A program made the translations under genes and the position numbers. Below the pieces are notes generated by a model. The model was not told the origin of the DNA and made no database searches. It saw only the letters and a list, made by a program, of their open reading frames with translations. Shown here piece by piece: positions 51,713-60,894 of a DNA stretch of 64,000 nucleotides (position 1 is its first letter; each line of letters starts with the position of its first letter). The stretch lies in the IMG/VR virus record IMGVR_UViG_3300023070_000001, positions 13,102 through 77,101 of that record; one strand, 5' to 3'. This DNA is from a virus (Duplodnaviria; Caudoviricetes).

Positions 51713-52757
51713 CCTTCTGGTATAAACGATTTACTACACTATCCCAGCTCATCATTTGAGGAATGATCTCTGCTGCGAGATCAGCCTTCTGCTTTACCTC
51801 TGCACGATTTCTGAAGGTGTGAAGCATGAGCTGCTTCATGTGATCCTTATCAGCCCTGGCATTGTAGGTATCAGGAAAATCAAAATCTACAGGAGCTAAT
51901 CTATAATCAAGAGGATATGCATATTCTGAAGATAACCATCCAGTATGTCCACCCCAATTAGTGGCGATAACTGCTCCACCCATAGATTGGAATTCCAATG
52001 CTGGCATATTTTTACCTTCTCCGCGAGAGGGGGCTAATAGTACGTGCTGCATACTATAGAACTCTTTAAGGACATCTTCAGGCCAAGATGCATAATGTAC
52101 GCGAAGCTTAGGTACCCACTGCTCCATAGCTGAATGTAGACCTGGTGCTACTGTCTTTAAATGCAATTCAGCGGGTTCAAACTCCTCAGGATATTCTTCC
52201 TTAAGTTCCTTGAATGCCATAATTGATACAAACGGATCTTTACGATCGTTAAGAACTCCACACATAGCAAACCCAAAGCGATTACTGAACCAATCACGCT
52301 CTACCTTAGGCCAATTCTCAGGTAGGTATCCACCCTGTAGAACTCCTAAGGTATTGTTCGGACCTGCATAAGGTTCAAAGCAAGCCTTTGTTACTTCGTC
52401 ATAACCAAAAATAACATCATAATTTCTTAGGGCCTTCTTTAGCTTAGAGCGACCCTTCATATTTTTAAGGTTGGTATATTCCCACATTGTCCACCCCACA
52501 GTGACCTTAGAACCTCTACGCTCTTCAGGCATAAGGCCAAGCTGTGCTGGATCTACATGGTGAATCATCAAATCAAATGGAGCTACTAAACGCTTCGTCA
52601 GAAGCATCGCAATATCCTCTGGTAGCGGAGCATCTACATGCGTAGGTTGCAAATATACATCTGCACCACTACGCATTAAGGCTCTAGCAATTCCAATTCC
52701 GTCATTACCATAACCTGTATACACAGACATAGGTGTCTTCAATAATACCTTTAGCAT
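51639..52757 (-). CDS. GT-B (GT4-like) glycosyltransferase
   Basis: TGYGND, RKDPF, PSRGEGKNMPALEFQSMG..VIATNWGG. Confidence 0.9.
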   Translation of the reverse strand: MLKVLLKTPMSVYTGYGNDGIGIARALMRSGADVYLQPTHVDAPLPEDIAMLLTKRLVAPFDLMIHHVDPAQLGLMPEERRGSKVTVGWTMWEYTNLKNMKGRSKLKKALRNYDVIFGYDEVTKACFEPYAGPNNTLGVLQGGYLPENWPKVERDWFSNRFGFAMCGVLNDRKDPFVSIMAFKELKEEYPEEFEPAELHLKTVAPGLHSAMEQWVPKLRVHYASWPEDVLKEFYSMQHVLLAPSRGEGKNMPALEFQSMGGAVIATNWGGHTGWLSSEYAYPLDYRLAPVDFDFPDTYNARADKDHMKQLMLHTFRNRAEVKQKADLAAEIIPQMMSWDSVVNRLYQKVGQLIPGKGTEVYQRSLMSGANNE

Positions 52758-52796
52758 TTATCCTCCTGGGATCTCGTCAGCTAAAGGTATTATCGG

Positions 52797-53273
52797 TTAG
52801 AAAAATACTGCATAGTTTACTGTAGCGATTTGAATTCCGTCACCATCAATAACAGATACAGGTTCAGAGATATCTCCGATTCTGTCAGAACTGATGGTAC
52901 GTAAATCATGCCACATTACAGTAGATGAATCAGTTCTATGCAAGTACTTATCAATAACTAAGAAAGTCTCATTGATTTTATCTTTAACTGATCCTGGGTT
53001 AGTAAGGTTACCTAAAGGATCTCTAATACCATTAGCCCAGATAGTTACACGAAGTCTACGTGCTCTAAATCTTGTTAGAGTATTAACCGCTAAAGGTCCA
53101 CCATCCTCTAACACTAGAGCACTAACCTCTGAATACTGATCATGTTCTAGATTGACTAGAATTTCATCTCTGAAAATGAATGGGATACCATCATCAGTTT
53201 CACCTACTACAGCAACTACATCTGGTTTAGTCAGCAAGAATAGTGATGCTGCCTTTTGTACTGTGTCAGCCAT
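52797..53273 (-). CDS. Tail terminator protein
   Basis: Position; RLRVTIWA pattern. Confidence 0.7.
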   Translation of the reverse strand: MADTVQKAASLFLLTKPDVVAVVGETDDGIPFIFRDEILVNLEHDQYSEVSALVLEDGGPLAVNTLTRFRARRLRVTIWANGIRDPLGNLTNPGSVKDKINETFLVIDKYLHRTDSSTVMWHDLRTISSDRIGDISEPVSVIDGDGIQIATVNYAVFF

Positions 53274-53275
53274 CT

Positions 53276-53638
53276 CTACCCCTTAAAGAAATCTTGCATA
53301 GCTTGAATGTATCCTGAGCTTAAACGCTCTGCTGGTGCTAGGAAATCGTGAGCACCTTCGCGCTCTCTTTCATACTCAGCATAGTCAACTGGATTATTGA
53401 TTCCGGTAGTTGGGCCACCGTATGAAATCTCACCCTGCCAGGAATTATTATCCATTTTAAACTCAGACCTACCTGAACCCTTCAGGGATCTAGTAATAAC
53501 GTGTACGGCCGCCTGAGTGGCCCTAAACTGGTCCTCTAGAACGATCTCGAAGGCAAGTAGGTCAGCACTAGATGGTCCATCAGCTAGGCGATTAACCTCA
53601 GCCTCGATCCCAGCATAAGTACGTTCTATCTTGATCAC
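53276..53638 (-). CDS. HK97 gp10-like tail completion protein
   Basis: VHVITRSLKGS, VDYAEYE, HDFLAPA. Confidence 0.75.
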   Translation of the reverse strand: MIKIERTYAGIEAEVNRLADGPSSADLLAFEIVLEDQFRATQAAVHVITRSLKGSGRSEFKMDNNSWQGEISYGGPTTGINNPVDYAEYEREREGAHDFLAPAERLSSGYIQAMQDFFKG

Positions 53639-54051
53639 TTCAACGCTCCTGATGGATATGCAAATCCCGCCTGGTTTACTTCATTAACCTGGACTTCAAT
53701 ATGATGAGTAGCATTGAATCCTTGAGCTTCATCGGGGCGCATCTTCAATAGAAACATAGAACCTAGATGCGGGCCATCGATTACCTTAATAATTTGCCCA
53801 CCTTGAAGTGCGGGAGTGTAGCTACAAAGCATTACTCCCGTACGATCTGGACTTCTTCCCGCTACTACAGGAGCAGGTGCATCTTTTCCTGGGCGCAAGA
53901 AAATAAGATCAAGTCTGCATTTCATTTCGCCTGGTGCGCATGTTGGATCAAAGTTATCATCTGATTTAGCCCAGGTCTGCACTCTCGCAGCATCTACTAC
54001 TGTAGTAACCGACTCTAGGATCTCTACACGAGAAGCAAATAAATGTCTCAT
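53635..54051 (-). CDS. Head-closure/stopper protein
   Basis: Position; HHIEVQV. Confidence 0.7.
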   Translation of the reverse strand: MRHLFASRVEILESVTTVVDAARVQTWAKSDDNFDPTCAPGEMKCRLDLIFLRPGKDAPAPVVAGRSPDRTGVMLCSYTPALQGGQIIKVIDGPHLGSMFLLKMRPDEAQGFNATHHIEVQVNEVNQAGFAYPSGALK

Positions 54052-54060
54052 TGTAATCTC

Positions 54061-54600
54061 CTAGGGTAATGGGTGATGGTGAATTACTTCAGGCCAAGTA
54101 TCAATTTCCCAGGCACCCCTAAAATCATCATTATATGATCCTGTTGCGCCTACGATCTTGTTTTTTCCGTTCCTGCCTGATCCCTCTTCTAACCCATCCC
54201 ATTCCATACCCTCAATAGATCCAGATGAGCCGATTGCAGATCCTCCTGCACGTAATTTACTTACGGCAAGATCAAACCAGGTTACTCCGGTATCATTGCC
54301 CTTCTTCACAGACTTAGTAAGCCTAGTGTAAGAGTAAGATCCGATTGTCTCAGATTGGAATGGTGAGGATGTAGATTCCTTATATGGCTGACTTAAGTAA
54401 AGACTGTCAGCCATATCCAGGATTCCGTACTTAGCTAAATTGAATAGGTTAGGATCTGTCGGATACTCATCTATTTCAGTAGCTAAGTAAAATAGCAGGG
54501 TAGCTTGAGTTAACGCCTCTGAAGCAAAGTCGCCAAATGTGTTGCTGGCCCTACCTGTAAAAGTAGCTAAGTCCGCTACAGTTGGTGGCGTTAAACTCAT
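54061..54600 (-). CDS. Head-to-tail adaptor
   Basis: SETIGSYSYT motif; position. Confidence 0.78.
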   Translation of the reverse strand: MSLTPPTVADLATFTGRASNTFGDFASEALTQATLLFYLATEIDEYPTDPNLFNLAKYGILDMADSLYLSQPYKESTSSPFQSETIGSYSYTRLTKSVKKGNDTGVTWFDLAVSKLRAGGSAIGSSGSIEGMEWDGLEEGSGRNGKNKIVGATGSYNDDFRGAWEIDTWPEVIHHHPLP

Positions 54601-54605
54601 GCTAG

Positions 54606-55151
54606 TTACCTTCTTTCAAACTTTACAGCGCCGAAACGACGCTTCTGCTCTTCATCGCCCATACTCATCCAAGGCTTTTCCTTAGACTTATGAACCTGAA
54701 CAAATTCACCCTTCTTCCACACAGTCTGTGCATAAGTAAGTCCACTCTCAAGGAAGTTAATAGTGAAATAATCTTCATCATCTGTAGGCTCACTGCGACC
54801 GTCTAGAGCTGCGGTAGTCTGACGAACACGATTCTTCTCTTCCTCTCGATCCTCCTGTACTAGCTGAGGGGATGGCCCCTTGCTTACATCATAAGCAATA
54901 CCAGCAGAATCAGTTACGATCTGTGGCTCTGGGGTACGATCAACTGCAAAAGTTCCAGGGTTCTCCTGGTTTACTACAGTCTCATCTACAGGAAAGGCTG
55001 GTGCCATCTTAGGTGGAACGGCAGCCGCATCTGTATCTGTTTCAGTAGATGGACGTTCCTCTTCAGAAGTTCCAGGATTTTCCTGATTCTCTACTGTAGG
55101 ATCTACAGCCTTTGTAGCTGTCTTCCTTGGCTTTGCTGGCACAACAATCAC
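54606..55151 (-). CDS. Hypothetical acidic protein
   Basis: ORF track; internal QENPGT repeat. Confidence 0.6.
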   Translation of the reverse strand: MIVVPAKPRKTATKAVDPTVENQENPGTSEEERPSTETDTDAAAVPPKMAPAFPVDETVVNQENPGTFAVDRTPEPQIVTDSAGIAYDVSKGPSPQLVQEDREEEKNRVRQTTAALDGRSEPTDDEDYFTINFLESGLTYAQTVWKKGEFVQVHKSKEKPWMSMGDEEQKRRFGAVKFERR

Positions 55152-55513
55152 TACCTCTCTACTTCAGCGTTATCGCTATTTCTTACATCGGAATATCTCT
55201 TCGCTAAACGCTTCCTAATTCCTGCTCCGCGTTTACCAAATTGTACTTCTAGGAATCCAATAACCGCAGTCAGCATGGAAATACCTAGTACCCAGAACAT
55301 GGTAAGCCTTACCCATTCAACTCCTGGTACCTGAATATCCCAAATACGAAGTGATAAATAAGTGCATAGAAATACTACACCTACCATATAAATCGCAATT
55401 AATGTAGCGGTAAATGACTTATACCATCTTGATAGAGTCAAGAAGAGCAAAGTGAAAACCATTGAACATGCAGTAAAGACAAGGAAGCCAATATCGCCCC
55501 ATAGCTCTATCAT
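55151..55513 (-). CDS. Multi-TM membrane protein
   Basis: Three hydrophobic segments. Confidence 0.7.
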   Translation of the reverse strand: MIELWGDIGFLVFTACSMVFTLLFLTLSRWYKSFTATLIAIYMVGVVFLCTYLSLRIWDIQVPGVEWVRLTMFWVLGISMLTAVIGFLEVQFGKRGAGIRKRLAKRYSDVRNSDNAEVER

Positions 55514-55525
55514 TGTTGCCTCCCC

Positions 55526-55711
55526 CTAATCATTGAAAATCTCTTCTAGCATAAGCCTAAAGTGATTCTTTCGCCTAAGTTCCCTAAACCTACTAGTTAA
55601 ATCGTCAACCTTCTCTGAGCGCTCACTAGTAGATTTCTTAGCTTGTTCTATTCTGTGCTGGATCTCATCAAGATCCTCGCCACGCTTTTCGTCCTCATTG
55701 TGGATAGTCAT
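55526..55711 (-). CDS. Small coiled-coil protein
   Basis: RRKNHFRLMLEEIF C-terminus. Confidence 0.65.
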   Translation of the reverse strand: MTIHNEDEKRGEDLDEIQHRIEQAKKSTSERSEKVDDLTSRFRELRRKNHFRLMLEEIFND

Positions 55712-55713
55712 TT

Positions 55714-56091
55714 CTATCCCTCCCTGCCTGGACGCACTACGTGAGTTGTGCGAACCTTCTGCTCTTCAGCTACGCCATTATATCTGCCGTGAACTGCCTC
55801 AAGCAGTTTAACTGAGGTCTCCCCTAATTCGGTTACCACGTCAAGCTGCTTTCCCTGTAACTGCACAATAGCGAGAGTTTCATCTGCCTTAATCTTCCAT
55901 TCTCTCTCACGCTCTTTGGCATCTGCAATTCTTGCATCAGCGTTAGCTTTAGCTTCTTGAATTCTAGCCTCTTGCGACTCGAATGCCTTTTGCATACCGG
56001 CTGGCGTTAATAGCCAACCACGAGCAAGCGCAATGAATAGCAAAGGCAAAGGACCGATTGTACCGATCCATGGACCAATTGCATCTAGCAC
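55714..56091 (-). CDS. Membrane-anchored coiled-coil protein
   Basis: GTG after GGAGG; LLFIALARGWL then coiled coil. Confidence 0.65.
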   Translation of the reverse strand: MLDAIGPWIGTIGPLPLLFIALARGWLLTPAGMQKAFESQEARIQEAKANADARIADAKEREREWKIKADETLAIVQLQGKQLDVVTELGETSVKLLEAVHGRYNGVAEEQKVRTTHVVRPGREG

Positions 56092-56127
56092 ACCCTGAAC
56101 CTCCACCGTGACCTGCCTAATAAAGAA

Positions 56128-56160
56128 AATAGCCGGAACGCTCGTAAGCGCCCGGCTATT
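56128..56160 (-). terminator. Intrinsic terminator
   Basis: AATAGCCGG...CCGGCTATT followed by a T-rich tract. Confidence 0.7.
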
Positions 56161-56263
56161 ATACACTGCTTACTATTAAGTTAATCGGTTCATTTATGGC
56201 TTATATAGTCAACAGTGTACTTGTTCAGTTTTTAGAACTACTTAAGAAAACTGAACAATTCTA

Positions 56264-57577
56264 TCAGATTACAGAAAGCTCAGTCCATCCACGCTCGCCA
56301 GCAGCAGATCCTACAGCCATACCTAGCATACCTGGCCTTGACCATACACCAGATCCATCATAGAACCACCTACTTGACTTCTCAGCTTCAAGGGCTGGGC
56401 AACCGAAGAAGGTACGTCCACGATCCTCTAATGTATTGAAGTGATGATAATGAGCTGTAAAGAATAGTTCAGTATTACCAATCTCTTCGAACCTACCAAG
56501 AATTTGCTTCTCGATAGCATTCTTAGAACTGATTCCACCAGTCTTAGTACCAGAACCATGTGCAATGTGTCCATGAGTAAAGTTAGCCTTAATACCACTA
56601 AGGTCTAGGTTAGTATCCTGACGATCCTCTGCAATGTGCCACGTTAGTAGATCATTGACGTGAGTACCTTCAAATACCTTCTTGGCCAGGCTAGCTACCA
56701 TAGTAGAGCTGTTATCATAGATACTAGTGAGAACCTTATTAGATCCGAAACGAGTATGCTCACCATGGTTAGATGGTACAGAAGAAATCTGCATAGGTAG
56801 ATTAAAACCTAGAAGCTGCCTGATACTCCATACTCGCATATCAAAATCTAGCTCGATCTGCTTTGAGTACCCCATTTCAACTTCATAAGGCTGAGATGAG
56901 TAGTTACCTACAGCACCCTCATGCTCATCACCCATGAAGGCAAGAGCAATACCATCAATAGGCATTCCTGAATCGATAAGATTGCGAATCCTATCTGAAT
57001 GACCCTCGATACCGTTTGACCAGTTAGCTAGAGCCTCTTGAGTACCTGGCTTACCGATCTGAGGATCTGCTACCAGGATGGTATAAGTAAGCCCAGTTCC
57101 ATTATAAATCTTACTGGCAGGATTACTAGACATAGCCTTTAGGGTTTCGCGCCACCCTGCAATGTCAAGAGTATCTTCAATAGGCTTAGCTACTTCCTCC
57201 TTCTTTTGGATTCTAGCAGCGTAGCTATATCTGAACTCTCCTGGCTTCCCCCAAGCCTTCATCGTTACGGGCTGAATTACTTCAAACTGCTCAGGGTCAA
57301 GACCCCACAGCTTGATAGTATCTGTCCAGTCAGTAATAGGCTCAGGTACAGCACCAGTCTTAATTACACCAGTATCGCCAGTAAGAGAAATACTTCCTTG
57401 CTCAGCAATTTTATCAATTTCTTCTAAGTGAGTATCCAGAAGATTTCTAAATTCACGCTGACGGCGCTTTAGTGTTTCAACATTTCGGCCTGGAAAAGCA
57501 AGTTCAAAGTCCTCCACAGTTGAACACTGAAGAAGCTTATTCTTGTTTTCATCAGTCCATTCGGTAGGTTGTGACAA
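56264..57577 (-). CDS. Metallophosphoesterase-fold protein with N-terminal extension
   Basis: ADPQIG, GDEHEG, SNHGE, THGH, AHYHH. Confidence 0.8.
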   Translation of the reverse strand: MSQPTEWTDENKNKLLQCSTVEDFELAFPGRNVETLKRRQREFRNLLDTHLEEIDKIAEQGSISLTGDTGVIKTGAVPEPITDWTDTIKLWGLDPEQFEVIQPVTMKAWGKPGEFRYSYAARIQKKEEVAKPIEDTLDIAGWRETLKAMSSNPASKIYNGTGLTYTILVADPQIGKPGTQEALANWSNGIEGHSDRIRNLIDSGMPIDGIALAFMGDEHEGAVGNYSSQPYEVEMGYSKQIELDFDMRVWSIRQLLGFNLPMQISSVPSNHGEHTRFGSNKVLTSIYDNSSTMVASLAKKVFEGTHVNDLLTWHIAEDRQDTNLDLSGIKANFTHGHIAHGSGTKTGGISSKNAIEKQILGRFEEIGNTELFFTAHYHHFNTLEDRGRTFFGCPALEAEKSSRWFYDGSGVWSRPGMLGMAVGSAAGERGWTELSVI

Positions 57578-57696
57578 AGTTTATTCCTTAATGTGAGCGC
57601 CCGTAATAATCGAGCAGCTTAAGTTAGTGTAGCACAGGGCGAATCATGTATCCAACAACTACTGTGCGTAGATTTCTTATACTCATACTACAGCAA

Positions 57697-57727
57697 GAAG
57701 CCACCCAGTGCAATACTGGGTGGCTTC
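57697..57727 (-). terminator. Terminator after the major capsid gene
   Basis: 13-bp inverted repeat GAAGCCACCCAGT. Confidence 0.8.
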
Positions 57728-57744
57728 AAGATGGATCAGGCAGA

Positions 57745-58767
57745 TTAAGGAGTTACGTCTGCAATTACGAACTGCTCAGGACGAGTAACAATCGGTAGGA
57801 AGTTGTACTCAATTAGGATCTGACGACCTGAAGGGTCTGGCTCAGTCCAGCTCTTTGAGAAACGACCAATGAAGTTAGCAGGTGCGCTGAAGTCGGCAGT
57901 TGGACCTTCAACAAGTTCAACTGGGCGGTTAGTGTCGAAGTTACCAAGGATGATTGTGTCATCTGCTAGGTATCCGATTTCATCACCGTTATCAGCCTCG
58001 TATACATGCTCTACAGCAGTCCAGTCAAGTCCTAGGAATCCTGGTAGAGTACCTGTAGCTACGTATGCATCCTTCAGACGGTCAGATAGTAGCGCTCCAC
58101 CAGCCTGTAGTACAAGAGATCCGTTTACATCTGCGTTAGCTGCGAAGCTGTGCATAATGCGGTCAAGAGTCTTCTGTGTAGCATAAGCCTTGTTTGCGTT
58201 TACACGACCATGGTTCAGGATAAGCTTACGCCATGCCTGAACATCTTCAATAATATCAGATGGTGAAGCAGTTGCCCATGCAGTAGTTGCGTTAACCTTG
58301 TGATCTGCTGGGAACTTGTAATCAATACTTGCCTGAACATCTGGGAAGTCAAGAACTAGGTTACCACCAATTGCCTTCCATAGAGTGTACTCTACGAATG
58401 CATCGATACGGCTGTTTAGGTCCTGAAGCTCACGAACAACTTCACGCTCTGCATTAACCTTACCGTTTACAGTTCCAACCTCACGTAGCCACATTAGAGT
58501 AGTAGGCTCGAAAACCTTCTTCTCACGAACGTATAGCAAGCTAGCACTTGCCTGCTCGCGGCCTAGACGACCTACGATGTGGGCTTCAGAGTTAGGAACG
58601 TTTGGCTTTGCCATCATACGAGAACCACGAATGATGTCCCATGAGAATGTCTGTGTTGGTACCTGGCGCTTTGGTGTACTATTCATCAGAATCATGTTCT
58701 GAGCGGCGGGTAGCTTTTCTACGACGCCCAATAGAACCAAAGGCTCCAATAGACTAATATCTGGCAC
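57745..58767 (-). CDS. Major capsid protein (lambda E-like)
   Basis: SWTEPDPSGRQILIEYNFLP; IDYKFPADH; size and position. Confidence 0.9.
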   Translation of the reverse strand: MPDISLLEPLVLLGVVEKLPAAQNMILMNSTPKRQVPTQTFSWDIIRGSRMMAKPNVPNSEAHIVGRLGREQASASLLYVREKKVFEPTTLMWLREVGTVNGKVNAEREVVRELQDLNSRIDAFVEYTLWKAIGGNLVLDFPDVQASIDYKFPADHKVNATTAWATASPSDIIEDVQAWRKLILNHGRVNANKAYATQKTLDRIMHSFAANADVNGSLVLQAGGALLSDRLKDAYVATGTLPGFLGLDWTAVEHVYEADNGDEIGYLADDTIILGNFDTNRPVELVEGPTADFSAPANFIGRFSKSWTEPDPSGRQILIEYNFLPIVTRPEQFVIADVTP

Positions 58768-58951
58768 TTTGAGTCTCCTTTTTAATTAGGGGCCGCAGTT
58801 TTTGCTTTCCCAAAAAAATAAGTAGCGACCTCAAAGAGGCCCGACCTGCACCGCCATTACTTTGGCTCTTCCAGTTGGTCTGTGTCTAATTTAAGTATCG
58901 GCAAGTTTTCTTTTGAAAGTAAGAAAACATAAACAACTAATTCTAGATAAC

Positions 58952-58975
58952 AAAAAAGGAGCCTCGAAAGGCTCC
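58952..58975 (-). terminator. Terminator after the decoration gene
   Basis: GGAGCC-TTTCGA-GGCTCC followed by T6. Confidence 0.7.
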
Positions 58976-58993
58976 AAATTTGTAAAGCATATA

Positions 58994-59386
58994 CTAGAAT
59001 ACGAATGTTCCCATTGCTGCACTAGTACGTGCGTTAAGGTCAGTGATAGCGGAAGCATCTGCACCTGAAACAAGTGAGAGCTTTAGGGCTCCACTGATTA
59101 CGATATTACCCTGCTGCTCGCCTGTACGAGTATCAGCGGCACGACGCAATACGCCTACAGCAGTATCTAGTCCGTTAGAACCAGCGTTGTTGTATACGTG
59201 ATAGCGCTTAGTTGTTGAATGCTGTGCTAGAACTGTACCTGCTGGAAGAATTCCCTGGTTAGCAGCTAGTGTCACACCCTTCTGACGCAGACCAACTGCT
59301 GAGTAAAGAATCTCAGTTGGAGCATATGAATGGGTAGGGCTACTGTAACCTGGTGAAGGAATCTTCTCAAAAGAATCCGTTGCCAT
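58994..59386 (-). CDS. Head decoration protein
   Basis: LPAGTVL...GLDTAVGVL; position before capsid. Confidence 0.85.
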   Translation of the reverse strand: MATDSFEKIPSPGYSSPTHSYAPTEILYSAVGLRQKGVTLAANQGILPAGTVLAQHSTTKRYHVYNNAGSNGLDTAVGVLRRAADTRTGEQQGNIVISGALKLSLVSGADASAITDLNARTSAAMGTFVF

Positions 59387-59417
59387 GTCTAATCAACCTC
59401 TCTCTATTATAATTTCT

Positions 59418-60560
59418 TTAGACGCCTAGAGCGCTTAGACGGGCTACTTCAGCGTTTACATCTAGCTCTACCTTTGAATCTTCAGCATCAGTTGAAGTAC
59501 CTACAGCCTGGCCACTTAGATTAACCTTTGGCTCGGCTGGTAGAAGCTTGTTATATAGATCAGTATTACTCATGTAAAGCTCGATCATTGCATCTGCGCT
59601 AGCAGGGTCAATGAATCCTTCAGCTACCTTAGCCTTAACTTCAGCCTTGGCATCCTTCTCACGGTTTGATAGCTCAAGAGCATCAATTCGGTTAGTTAGC
59701 TTTACGTTATCGCTAGCTAGCTCTACTACAGCGCCAACAACCTGCTCAACAGGGGCAGAAGTGTCATCAGCGGATAGCTTTACAACACCTGCATCTGTTA
59801 GAGCTGCTACAAGCCTGTTTGAAAGCTCGGCAGTTGAGTCGGTAGCGGCTGGCTTAGCTGCCTCAGCCTGAAGAGCTACAACATCAATGCTGTGCTCATC
59901 CTTCAGAGCTGCAATAAGCTCTTCCTTAGTCATTGTTTTGTGCTCCTCTACCTCTGGTTCGTTCTCTGAACCGGAATCGTCGTTTACAACAGTTTCAACC
60001 GGTTCAGTTAGTAGAACCGCCTCTTCTGAATTATCGGCTGATGCTTTAACTATTTCTTCATAATCCTCTAAATTAGTAATGTACGGTCTATTAGTAACCG
60101 CAACATGACATAATGTAGGACCAGACTTCTTACCTGTTGAAGTATCTGTGTAGTCAAGTGAAAGCATTGCAGAGGCACCAATGTAAGTCTTGTTCTTGAA
60201 ATTATCTACAGACTTACGTGCATCAATAACTGCATATACCTTGTCACCACTGATCTCTACGTCAATTACTTCTCCAACATTACGATCAGGATCTTCTACA
60301 TGCTGGTTAGAGTCGTTAGCAAGAGGTACTTGAACGATAGGGCATACCTTATTATCGAAGTTACTCTTCAACTGCTTTACGAAAGCATCATCAATCTTAA
60401 TCTTCTTACCTGTTGTAGGATGAATCAGGTCACCCTTAGATAGGATATGCTTCCTGAATAGGGTTCCTGTACTCTTGCGAGATAGCTCAATACGAGCTTC
60501 ATCCATCTCATCGTAAGCTACAGAATCCTTACTAGGAATAATTACTAGATCGCTCACCAT
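59418..60560 (-). CDS. Prohead protease/scaffold (Mu gpI-like)
   Basis: PTLCHVAVTNRPYI; helical scaffold C-terminus. Confidence 0.82.
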   Translation of the reverse strand: MVSDLVIIPSKDSVAYDEMDEARIELSRKSTGTLFRKHILSKGDLIHPTTGKKIKIDDAFVKQLKSNFDNKVCPIVQVPLANDSNQHVEDPDRNVGEVIDVEISGDKVYAVIDARKSVDNFKNKTYIGASAMLSLDYTDTSTGKKSGPTLCHVAVTNRPYITNLEDYEEIVKASADNSEEAVLLTEPVETVVNDDSGSENEPEVEEHKTMTKEELIAALKDEHSIDVVALQAEAAKPAATDSTAELSNRLVAALTDAGVVKLSADDTSAPVEQVVGAVVELASDNVKLTNRIDALELSNREKDAKAEVKAKVAEGFIDPASADAMIELYMSNTDLYNKLLPAEPKVNLSGQAVGTSTDAEDSKVELDVNAEVARLSALGV

Positions 60561-60600
60561 ATACCTCCATTGTCATAACAATAGATATCATCGGCAGAAT

Positions 60601-60891
60601 TTAAATTTCTCCCAAATAAGTTGACATTCCAGCATCCCAGTGAGTAAGGAATGCCTTCTCAGTAAGCCTTTTGCTTACGTCTCCATGCTTATTCTGGTAA
60701 TAAGTTAAACCATCAGAATCAACTATAAGGAATGCCTTAGCATATCCTTTAGCTCTGCCATACTTTCCTGGCTTCAACTCTTTACCAGCAAACTTAACAA
60801 ACTCGGGCTCCTTGGCCTCTGGGTTAGGTGTCCAACCTTTTGCACCAAGTTCCACCAGAGCATCACGAAACTCCTGTGTGAACTGATTCAT
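60601..60891 (-). CDS. Hypothetical protein
   Basis: ORF track. Confidence 0.6.
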   Translation of the reverse strand: MNQFTQEFRDALVELGAKGWTPNPEAKEPEFVKFAGKELKPGKYGRAKGYAKAFLIVDSDGLTYYQNKHGDVSKRLTEKAFLTHWDAGMSTYLGEI

Positions 60892-60894
60892 AAC

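Noticed and set aside
2485-58186. Plus-strand ORFs in the track (e.g. 19649-20200, 47057-47446, 57869-58186)
   Set aside because: They are antisense shadows of well-supported minus-strand genes or tRNAs, with no RBS/promoter support and no recognisable motifs.
58768-58901. c-di-GMP riboswitch in the capsid leader
   Set aside because: Attractive given WhiG biology, but the class I/II consensus elements are not recognisable.
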